A stretch of DNA of 64,000 nt, taken from positions 24,208,934-24,272,933 of the forward strand of contig CM120645.1 of assembly GCA_051362555.1 (NCBI GenBank). The letters run 5' to 3'. This document shows, piece by piece, positions 52,597 to 64,000 of this stretch. Position 1 is the first letter of the stretch. The number at the start of each line of letters is the position of its first letter. A program made the translations under genes and the position numbers. The notes under the pieces were generated by a model that was not told where the DNA came from, did no database searches, and saw only the letters and a list, made by a program, of their open reading frames with translations. This stretch comes from Lingula anatina (taxonomy: Eukaryota > Animalia > Brachiopoda).

Positions 52597-55500
52597 CTGG
52601 AGAGAAATAAAATATAAACATCAGGACATATTCATTATCTGCTGTATGTGAATATACTGTGATATTTTTGAATGGAAAATTACCTAATTTAAGCAGCTGT
52701 AACAACAATATACTAATAATCAAGATCTTACACCTGCGTACAACTTATGATCAAACGTCACCTGAATTCGTTCAGTTTAGCCTTAACGAGGTGCTAATTG
52801 CTATTGTTATTCTACACTTAATGACAATCAAAATAAACTCTTCGTTTGGTGTCCAAAATCACTGGCCGTGACTCTACAAATATTTGCGACCTATTGTTGG
52901 GATTGCCTTCTACTACTTTACTGATCACAAGAACGCAGGAAATACTCAACACAGGTAAACAATTTTGGTTAAGACCCCCCTCTCTCCTCGAAGTTATGCC
53001 ACCACCCCCTGTGCCTGCCCTCATTAAGCCAGGTGATACACCTTTGACAAAAGAAACAACGCTTAACAAATTGTTACTATTTGTAAATTAAAGAGATAAC
53101 ACCGATCTCCCCCTGATAAGACTGAAATGAAGAGAAGGGGAAAACATCAAAGCTCCGCACGCGAGATGGCGATTCAATTTATAAGGACATAGTAGCAAAA
53201 TGATGAAGTTTGCATCTTAATCAAAAACCACTTAATCTTTTTTATAGAGCTGAAGTTTTATAGACCAGAAGTTAGGTTACAGAGAGTACTCTTGCTTTGC
53301 AATTAAAATTTAGTGCAATAGTTTTTGGTATGCAATACAGAACGAAGGGGATGTTCTTCTAAACAGTTTTAAATACCAACGTTAACGAGCTGTACATGTT
53401 GTAAAAAGCGGCTAATTGTATCGTTAGTTGACATCGAACCCGGTCGATCGCATAAAAATCGTCCTTGAAGACACCCGAATTAACAAAGGTTTTGGTCGAC
53501 GCCGGAAAAGCACCTCCACATCGCCCAGTCTTACTCGGTGTTTTGCCATTAATCATTTACTGTCGGCGTTTGACAGTGCGGGATTTCGGGACCATTTATT
53601 ATTTATTTCAAATCAAATCCCCCCTTACCCCAACCCCATGTCTTATTCTTTTGTCACGACGTGGCTCCGTTGCGGCTTAACCGTTGAAACGTGAGCACTT
53701 CTCCGCAGACGCGCCTTTTAAAATTGAATAGTCTATAAATTATTGGCCTTTTTGTGTTACTGACAAAATGTTCTTCTGATGTCAGGAACTAAACTCATTT
53801 TCTTCGGAATCTGTGTTTGGCTAATGTGTTTTCATGCTTTGGCTGTTCCCAGCCGCCTTGCTTTATGCAGCCTCGTGGATTCCAATTATCAGTTCTACTC
53901 ACCTAATTTATCTTTACATTCATAGGTACAAAAGCTTGAAATATTTTGCTTGGGACATATTTTAAATTCTGTCGAAAATTACTTTAATTTTAGTTTTAAA
54001 AAATGTACCCGTAGGTCGCAATTAACTTTTTATGATATATCATTTTAGTTGTAGAAAGCACGACGGGTTTTCTTTGATCATCTTGATCATATTAACAGGC
54101 GCAATTTCGTTCTTCTTCAAAATACCACAATATTCAAGTTAATTTGTGCGTGTTTTACTTCAAATTTTCCTTCAAAAATAATAATACAAGCCGCCAAACA
54201 TTTTTCTTTCTTTTCTGTTTTCCATTCCCCCCGCGTTAGTTAAGAAATTGAAAGATCGTCTGCACTGTCAGGCTCGCGCGGTTTTTTGATGAGCGTGCCC
54301 TACAGCACGCCGCCATTACTACCTTAAGGGAGGTTAAAAGTAAAACAAAACACAAGATTCGCTGCACTTGGGACTCCGTGCCAGTTACTATTTGTGACTG
54401 GAGGCTTGATTGGCTTGCCATATTGGTTAACAGACTGGCGAAGCGATGAGGGCTTTTCTTTTTTCGAAGAGTTTTTAGAAAGCGAACCTCTCACATGGGT
54501 TTGAAAGGAAAACTGCAGACGATAGACATCAGACAAGACCTGTCGTATTGGCAGATGTGTTCAGGGCAGATCAAGTTTCATTTTTTAAATACGGGCATTG
54601 ATTATGTGAATAAATTTAAGAAATATGGTTTAGTTACTGGTAGGCATGTGAAAGACTGGGTAACTTAATTATCAACTCGTTATATAAGTCAGACACAAAA
54701 TAGGGCGAGGGGCGCTTTTTATAATGCAGATAATTATTGATTAAGGATTTTTTTAAAAACCTAACAACTACAAAGCTTATTCGAAAACTTTTCATTTTTT
54801 CACGTGACCCCAAAAACCATCATTCATTCTTAACAAAATCCGTGTCATCTGAAGGGATACCCGACAACTAACAGTCTGGTCGTTGTATTTGACGAGAGGG
54901 GCAATGTTTCCGTCCTCCTCGGCCTTGGAGACAGTGATGGTGTCAGTTACGTTGTTCGTCCCGCCTTTGGATAATGGCGTCTGTGTTCAGCTATTCAACA
55001 AAACAGCAGGACGCGCAGGTAAAAAGATGAGGTGACAAACGCAGAATCCAGTTCGGTTTAATTATCACCATTTGCTGCTTCATCACTGATTGGAATTTTT
55101 TCCTGCGGGAGCCAGTGTTACTTTTTTTAATATAAATTGATATACATGTCGAAGAAAATATTTTTTAAAAGAAACCCCGAATTTCCAAATTCAAAGATAT
55201 TTACTTTAAAGCGACGTATTATTTGTTAAAATCAGAAGCCGAGTTTCTTTCAGATCATTTCCAAATGCCTGCGTCTCAGCCATGATCGACAGCCGCGGCA
55301 GTTCTTTCCGATGCAAGTTTTCTCGAGCGAAACCTCGGTCAGTCTTCCCCACATAGCAGAAAATCCCCAACTGTAACCCTTCGCCCAAGTTCAGAGATGA
55401 AAAGGCAACCCCCCTCCTATCAGTCAAGTATGAAAAACAAGCTCTAAGTTGACAAACTTTTTAATATCATTGACTCTGATGAATGGGAAGCACGTTCGGA

Positions 55501-57667
55501 TGACGGACAGCATCAATATGTTTTCCCCTGGCATTTCTAGGTCACGAGGAGCCTCTGTAAACAAAGTCTGACACCAAAAATATGTATACCGAACAGAAAT
55601 ATTTCCTTGATACTCGTGATCGGCGTATAATAGAATTTCAGATCAGAGAGGCATATATGGAGTGAAGTATGGTTTAAGGGGACGCGGAGAAAGAAAGGCG
55701 AGGATGAACGCGGCTCGTTGTTTGACGGCGGCTGCTGCTCGGTGGGGTAGGGCGCGAGACGTCGCATGCCGCTGCTGTGCCGTTATGCGTGTCATGTGCA
55801 GTAATAAATGTATGGCATATACAGGGAATATAGTTGAAATAACTGCCAAGATCTACGGCTACACTTACTGGAGAAGAGCGTGCCAAAGGGATGCGGTGGC
55901 TCTACAGGAAATTATACTTAAATACTTGTAATATTGCCGCATAGATCTCATTACTGGGATGCAATAAATCATAGCGTTGAAAGTAAAGCTCACCTTTAAG
56001 TTAGAAAAGAACGTAAAGAAAAAAATCATTATTTTTATGACTTAACGGGAAAACTCTATGATGCACTTTAAACATTAAAAATTTAAACGGGGTCAAATTT
56101 CCGCAAATGAAACCGAGATGATTTTCCGCTTCAAAGCTTAACGTTGTGATTCAACAAACAACCTTTTCACTATGCTGTAAACGCGATATTCATGGACTCA
56201 TTATGTTTTCCTGCCATATAACACAGTTTCCTTTTCCGACCAACTCTTCCTGCTATCGTGATCAAGCAGGCTACATTCACCGACTGCTAACATGGATCGA
56301 TTTAGCCGCAATTGACCGCATTAAGATTCAGTGATAAAGTGATTTGTGTATATTACGCCAACCTTTCATAGTACGAGAGGGGACCGGGGCATTATCATTT
56401 TTAGTCTCTGATCGGAACCTTTCTTTCTTTGGCTTTTTAAATTCTGAATCGCGTATTGTCATTTTAAACTACCCCGCAGTCTAAACAGTAAAAAGTCAAA
56501 GCAATAAAACAAGATGAGAGGAGATAATATTGTGTCGTGGTATTTAAGTGAGGTCTTAACTGTTATACTGGCGTATTATGACTGTGGAAGACGAAGAAGC
56601 AGAACTATCAATGTTTACATCAAAACAAATTACAGGCAGATTAAATAAATTTCAATCAGGGGAGCCTATTATACGGGGGCAGCACAGCGTAAGAGGGAAG
56701 CCTTTACAAGCGGCTGTTGGTAGCGTAGTCGGGGGTTTGAATCGCATAGTCTGCTAAGTTTGTATACCCATTCTCCGAGCCACTTGTGGAAAGAGTTAAG
56801 ATTGAAACCTAATCAAGCGTTCGCTGGCTTTTCTCTCGACTCCTCTTCGTCTGCCGCTGTATTCATACAGGGCATTGTTAAGACCTCGGCATTACATGCT
56901 CTTTTCTTACTTTCAATAGACCAGAAATAAGTTGGGCAAACTTTTCATTAAAGTTACCACCCTATTTAGTCCCCTATACAACTCCAGCCGCTCTTGTTAC
57001 ACGTCTTTACCAATGCGTACATTCAACACAGTATTATTATTCTCACTAATAACTTTGTTGTAGGCCCTTACTCGCCTCGAACATCAGCCACTTTTCAATT
57101 ATTCGCATCCACTACTCTGCCATTGCTTGAAGGCGGTGGCGGCGTTCTTTTTAAGTCCCGAGCTTAATGTATGAACTATCGAAGTTAAAAATTACAGAAA
57201 CATTGTGTGTTTTGTTGGGGCGGATTTTTGACATATTTGACAGTGTGCGTTCACTGGATCGTTTGTTATAGAAGGCACGCTTGAATGGAAAGCTGTGTTT
57301 ACATATTTGTTTTCTCAACCTGATTCATGTTTGGTTTATTTGTCAATCAAAACAACTTTGGTATGTTCAATGAAGTACAGATTTTGTTAAGTACTCTATC
57401 GAAAGGTGTTAAGAGTTGCCCCCTAAACAAATGAGAGGAGACCCCAGGGAATGTTTTGAATTTTTTGGAGTCATATTTTTCAGATACGCTCTTGTACTTG
57501 TGATCGTAAAGTTTTAGTAGATTTTTACACATACCATATTTCATTTTTTTTTTTTACTATTGTCTAGATTTTAATTTTAAATTCCACTAGCGTCTCAACA
57601 CCCATATTAAATAATATGAAAAAAATCCTCTAAAACTTATTAAATGATTAAAAATACTTTTACTTAC

Positions 57668-57793
57668 ATTGTGCAATTTGTAGTAGAGACCGCAAGCGTT
57701 GCAGACAGGGTCGCCATTTTGATTTCTTCTCCACAATGTTGTCGTCGACGTGCCACAGTTAGCGCAGCTTGTGCCTGCTCTTCTGGCAGCTGA
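57668..57793 (-). CDS. GATA1/2/3: GATA1/2/3 C-terminal zinc finger exon
   Basis: [42 protein letters not shown], canonical tttccag/gtaagt sites. Confidence 0.98.
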
Positions 57794-59614
57794 CTGGAAA
57801 AACAAAAACAAAAAATATTATAAAATGATTAAAATAGTTTTTACTTTGTTCTTTGAAACAATAAAGATAAATATATAATTTTTTAAAATGGTCGAGAATT
57901 AATTTCGATTAACCATTGTAAATAATAATAAAAAAAGCAGTAATTTTCAATTGTTTCATTTCAGTCGACATGATTGGCTGAGATCAAACACATGTTCATT
58001 TCCACAGAACAAGCACCGCCCACGCCTCACTGATTGACAGGAATCCAGAGACATTGAACATTACACAATAAAACCATACAAAGCAAAGTTAAATTACACC
58101 TAACTCTTTGTTTAAATAGCATAAACAGTTTGCTGTGTCCTGTTCTTTAATACCTTCTCTGCGTGACAAAAGAAAAAAAGGAAGAAACTGACAAGTGCTA
58201 GGATGTTTGTATGTGCTACAAAGTGACTGCATCAACATTGATAAACGTCGACCACAGATGTAACGTTTGATAATGGAGACGAAATACACACTGACTTGTG
58301 ATAAATTACTGGGCGACCTCGGTTCAAAACAACGCTTCACTTTGCACGACTTATTTGTTTTTTAATCCAGGAAATGATCTGACACACGGCTTGTGGTTTC
58401 ATGACTCGAACTACGATATAAGCTGTCGTCTGCGCAAAAATGCCAACTGCTTTTTGATAATAAAACTGTAGTAATAAAATGTAATTCAAGAAGGTTCACC
58501 GAATAAAATGCTTCCTTTCGAATCGGGGATGTATGGGGGTAATTTTGGCGGTAAATAAAGTTGCTTTGTGAAAAACTGGGTTTCGTCAAATCGCAGGACA
58601 TAATATCGCCTGTTTCCGCGGAAGACAACTTTGAAATAATGGCTGCCATTATACATTGTTTGAGCTTCACGAGGGCAGTTTAATGGCAATCTCAAAATAA
58701 TGACTTTTTTTGTAAATAGATAGATAAAATTTTGAATGCGAAATATGCCAGTTTTAATTTTTTTTAAAACAATTCATTTTAACCCATAGCGCTTCCATAA
58801 ATATTGAACGAAGCTCCATTTCCTTCTCCCAGCTTGCCGTGGGTAGCTTATTTAAATTTTTGCTGACGTGCCACGGAGTGGAAAATTATGGTGAAAGTTG
58901 TCTGATAACCTTTCCGACTTGAGTGAAAGAAAAATGCTGTCGGAATTGATTCAATTTTCCACACAATGCCACTCGTGATTGAGCTCACCTCTATGGCTGC
59001 CAATCACTGCAGCGTCCAGATATTTTATTTCACACGCAATAAATTTTGCAAAAACTTTAACAAAATGTAAAATTATCAATGAGGGCAAAAATCAGTTTGG
59101 ATAAAAAAATCAACTTTTCAAAAATATAAAGTTTAAGAGCAACAGGTATATGTTTTTTTTTCAGCGGGGATGGTGTTCTATTATTCATGGGCTTTTCGGA
59201 TCATGGCGGATCGCTCGGTTTTCTGACCCAGATGGTCATGTCGTTTTGATTGACGCCAAGCCGCTGACAAGTTGATTGGAATTTGATGAACTGTTTTACA
59301 CTTTGTGTATCAAATGGTAGGCTGTCGGTCACGTCAAATTTGAAAGCCAAACACGAGAGTACTTTCAAGCAGATTTCAAGTAGAATTGATGGCTCGGCAA
59401 ATGGGAAATTCCTTATTTAGGAGGCACGGGGCTTGCTAGCATTTTTCATTCACACATTTGACAGCCGAAATGTGTCGCTGTTTGTTTTTTTAAAAACTGT
59501 GGACAAATGAGGCGGGCGTCAAAATAAATTGATAAGAAAATAAATAAATAAAAATATAATAATGACAATATAAATGAATAAAATAATTACAAAAAAAATG
59601 ATTTAAAAAAATTA

Positions 59615-59839
<225 letters not shown>

Positions 59840-62223
59840 TTAAATATAATATTACACCACGGAAGAATTATAACGATGACTGATGCAAAATATATTTTAT
59901 ACAAAGGCATTAAATTGTCAAACAACAATAATATAAGGGAAAATAGACTTAATACTTCTACATGAATATATGGATGGGAAAGATGAGATTATTTCTCAAT
60001 ATGCTGTATCCTTTCTTCACATGTTAAACTGACACCGGAATACACAGCAACACAATGACTGCCAGCTTACAGCCGGTCAGGGAGGAAATCACTACTACTA
60101 CCCCTTTCCTTTCCCTCACTTCCCAAACAGTGTTAAATTAATGGGGATTTATTCTATCCAGTGAGCTCCAGTAAGTGGCATTCTAGAGAAATGACCTAAC
60201 TAAACCTCTCACAAGACATCCGGTTGCGGCAGAGGCACTCATTTACTATTATTCCATATAGCCTCCGAGAGAGAGACGTCTATACTCTGTCCACCTCGGT
60301 TAGTTAGACGAGGAAGAAGAGGCTACATTTAACATTGCTTGGCTTTAGGCAGTCGGCTAAACAGGGGGCTAAACTCAAGTGTGATGATTATAATTTTATA
60401 ACTGAATTTTAAGAAAAGGAGTTTCATAATTGCCAAAATAAATTCTAAAGGTCGAGGTTACAGAAAAAATAATTTGCAAATAAATGTTTAGATATTATTT
60501 CGAAACGTTCAATTATCACTATTTTGAAAATTTTTAATTTTAAGATCTTCCAGCATCGACAAACTAAGCCCTGCCTCGGCGAGTCACAGCCGACATCCTA
60601 TTAAACTCTCTCTGCATGACACTTGTCCTAGCGGGCGAAACCCACGACCACCCGGACGCGTGGCGACAGCCAAAGTGTTTTGAAACTTTTCTCTCTTAAT
60701 AAAAACTAAATTTGTCAAATTCGCCATGATTTAGTGCAGTGGAGTAATCGCAATGGTGAATGAATGACTATGCGTTATTAGTCATTTCTAACGGCAGTGG
60801 AGGACGTGGAATGTTTTCGGGTGCTTTACCAGTAACTAAACACAGTCAAATTGGCCATATGAAGAGAGCCAGCTATGTCAGATTTTATCGTAGCATCCGA
60901 ACGGATAGCTTGTCAACACCAAAAGCGGTGGAAAATTTGAATCTGATTGCAGCAAATCATCCCAAAGACAACAAAGCCCGAGAAGTCGGCCTCGCTACAA
61001 TACCTGCACCACAACAACCTATTCATTTCCCGGCATGTTTGTTTGATATTTTAGGTTTTGATGGCGTAATAACGCATTATTCACCGACCTATAGCAACTT
61101 CCCTCCCTTTCTCTTCCAGTTTACTATTCAACCTTGAACAAGAGAAAGTATGCGATTTTCAATAAAAGTTTCTGTATATGGAGGGGGCAGGCCGAATTTT
61201 CCACCTTAACGGACCCCAATTCGCAGTGTTGATTCTCATTCATTTCACACACCTTCTGAATTCTTTTGAACTGACCGAAACGCTGTTTAAAAACTGATGA
61301 AAACTCCCCCGATCCCTCGCTTTCCGATAGTCCACCTGCCCACCACGAGCCCTTTGAACTCTATAACTCATGCAGCCCGATTTATGATTAAAACTGCCAA
61401 GCAGTGACAATTTAATTCGCTAGGAATGCAAGTATGCAGAGTTAAATAAGCGTTAGAAAATGTAATTTCACGAAGGGGAAACTAGCATCGTTCAGGTTAG
61501 GGAAGGGGAGGGGGTGCTTTCATACAGCTCTAACACTAAGGGTAGGAACTTTGGGGAATGCAGTAATTTCCGATACTTCTTTATCAAAACAGCAATAAGT
61601 TGATTAATTTTTTTTCACATTTTTTTCTCAAATGAATCCCCCTCCCTCTCCCGTCATGCATGTAGTTTGTTAGAAACTTTACACTGACCTTCAGACTCGT
61701 GAAATTGTGGTTGGAAAAGATCGGACTCCCTGTCCTGTTGAAACACGTCTACAAAAGACAAGGAAAGCATGACAGGACACGGTCATTAGGGAAATTTAGT
61801 GGAACTTGCAGCGTCCCGACCAAAATCTGGGTCACATGACACGCTCAGAGTGCGACAGGAGACGGAGGGGGTGGATTCGGTTTGCTTTTTTTCAGACCGA
61901 GATAGATTTGGTGTCTTAATTGTTAGTTTTTGTTTTCTAAAAACAAGTTGAAATTACTTTACCCATTCCCGTCCTACCCCTATAACACTCGCGTCAATCA
62001 CCAAGGTTAATTATTCCTCTGTCAAATTACTGTTATTGTTTTCTTGGAATATTGTGGCAAGGCTGATACGTTAGTAAGTAAAAACATTACACAACAAAAC
62101 AAGTAAAAATAAAAAAACTCCACTTACATTCACCGAAAACTAGTATATCTACCAAAGTTAGTACCGGATTAATTATCAATTATTGTCTGTGAGCAATTAA
62201 GCGGGTTGTACTCTAGAACTCAC

Positions 62224-62757
62224 CTGAGCTGGATCTTGTCTTGCTTCTTGCTCTAGCTAGGGCTGAGGTGGCTTTGAACATACTGGCGGCTGCGGAGTGG
62301 AACCCCAGACTGGCTCCATAGTCTGTACCGGTCACATAGGCAGGGTAGGTGGCCATAGGATGAGAGGGCATGGATCCGGCCATACTGGACATAGTAGGCA
62401 TGGTACTACTGCTGGACATTGCACTGGACATGTGGTTTGGGCTGCCTCCAACGTCGGCCTTTGATGGTTTGTTTTCGGGGGAGTATTCTGGAGACGCCTG
62501 CATGTCGGGGGTGACGTCTTTAGGTGGTGTCGGCGGGAAACTGAAGGTTGACGATGTGTTGTGGTGGGGGGCGGCAGCCAGGGAGCTGTGCACGGAGAGA
62601 GGGGCGGTGGGGCTGGGGTGGCTCAGGGCCTTACTACTGCTGAAGGGGCTGATCCAGGCCCCGCTGTGAGCGTGTGGTACCACGGCAGACTTGGTGGAGT
62701 CGGTAAGCCAGGGGTGGAGGGGAGGTGGGAAGTGCGGGAGGGTCATCTGGCTGCTAC
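62224..62757 (-). CDS. GATA1/2/3: GATA1/2/3 N-terminal (transactivation) exon; preceding exon lies outside the window
   Basis: ctgcag acceptor, gtgagt donor, phase 1-1. Contains LHPWL, FSFPPTPPKDVTPD, HPMATYPAYV and RSKTRSSS motifs conserved in GATA2/3. Confidence 0.95.
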
Positions 62758-64000
62758 CTGCAGAGAGAGAAATAAATACAATTATCTTGACTGACTGGGA
62801 GCTTCCTTAACACATGGAGTCCTATTACATGTTAAAATAATTTCTTTCTTTCTGAAGATGATAAAATTGTGAAAAATCTTGCTACCAACAAGTAAGATTT
62901 ACAGATGTTTTAATTTAAACTTTCACTGAAAAATAATCTCTTGTTGTTAAAATATCTTAAGCCAAAAAAAGAAAGAAAAAAGAAATATTCTCATCCACAC
63001 TATCAGTCAGTGTCTGTAAAAATCACTGGCGACAACTAAATCCTTAAAAACAAACAAAACCATCCCACATCGTGGCCACAGACAACGCTCCGGGTCTGGA
63101 CGGAGTAAATGAGCTTACTAACAACCAGAGCTAATTAATTGGGTTAGCCACTTCGCTTCCCAGCACATTCATGATATCATTTCAGTGGGAAAAATATCCC
63201 AGTTAATTGGAGTGTGTGAACAGCAAAGAAGTAATCAGGCGAACAGAAACAAATAGGGACAATTTTTAGTGTTTTTTAACACTAAAAATATAATATATAG
63301 CAAATGTCTAAAAACCATCTAGAAACATGCTTTTAAAAAGATATATACCAAAATTCAGGGTTAAAAATAAAAGACCTAGCTTACATATTTTTTTCGGGAG
63401 CGGGCATTTGAACGGCAAGGGACGGCAAACATTTGGACATAGCAGCAACCTCGCCTTCTGCCTCCTTCAGCACTTTCTCCGCAAACGAGAACGCTACGTT
63501 CTTTCAAATTACTTTCTAATCGTTTCTCTCTTTTTTTTCTACGCCGCTTCAAAAATAGCCCCAGTGAACGAAGTGAGGCAGTGAAGCCGGCTAACAAACA
63601 GGCAGGCATTCGTTCTCTTGTCAGACTCAGCAAGCGCGGTTAAATGCAAGCAAATTGTTTTTAATATCATTAATTGTGAACTAATTGAGTTTCGCGGATC
63701 GAGTTAAACGTCTGGTTTCCATACTTGTTCAATTTACTTGATACTATGTGACACCGGCTGATTGAGTTGAATTCTCAGTAGTCTCGGCAGCCCTCGAGTC
63801 GCTGGCGTTGTGGGATTGAAAAATCCACTGAATTTAACCCCTGTGTTGAGGCTTCAGGAAAACATCGCTCAAAATTACCTCCAGGGCTATGGAGAGGTTC
63901 AGTACTTCAGCCGACTAGGTAGCTTATCATGGACGATCGATTGTTAACCAGTTAGCCCGATACTATGACTGATAGCACGGTGATCAACAATGAAGGCTTG

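Noticed and set aside
60760-61137. 125-aa plus-strand ORF in a GATA intron
   Set aside because: No recognisable domain or splice support; expected by chance in GC-richer intron sequence.

Overview
AT-rich, intron-containing animal genomic DNA, probably a lophotrochozoan or mollusc (inferred from gene structure and repeat types). Three spliced protein-coding genes were reconstructed by hand from GT-AG sites and reading-frame continuity. (1) The 3' part of an alpha-tectorin-like NIDO+VWD extracellular protein (+, exons 462-630, 1014-1252, 1605-1791, 2238-2352, 3352-3364). (2) A complete 9-exon, about 420-aa tandem-C2 (synaptotagmin-like) gene with no transmembrane segment but an N-myristoylation-type start, MGAKQS (+, 7805-13840). 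(3) The last four coding exons of a GATA1/2/3-class transcription factor (-, 62757-52201; first coding exon lies beyond the window). About 36 kb between the C2 gene and the GATA 3' end has no recognisable coding exons and looks like the GATA regulatory landscape: a dense WGATAA cluster, a divergent pair of CTCF-like sites and motif-rich islands. Several non-autonomous DNA transposons, a minisatellite and simple repeats are present. Most notable is a GATA/E-box/RUNX/ETS motif cluster in the same intron that holds the vertebrate GATA2 +9.5 blood enhancer. All motif counts and alignments were done by eye.
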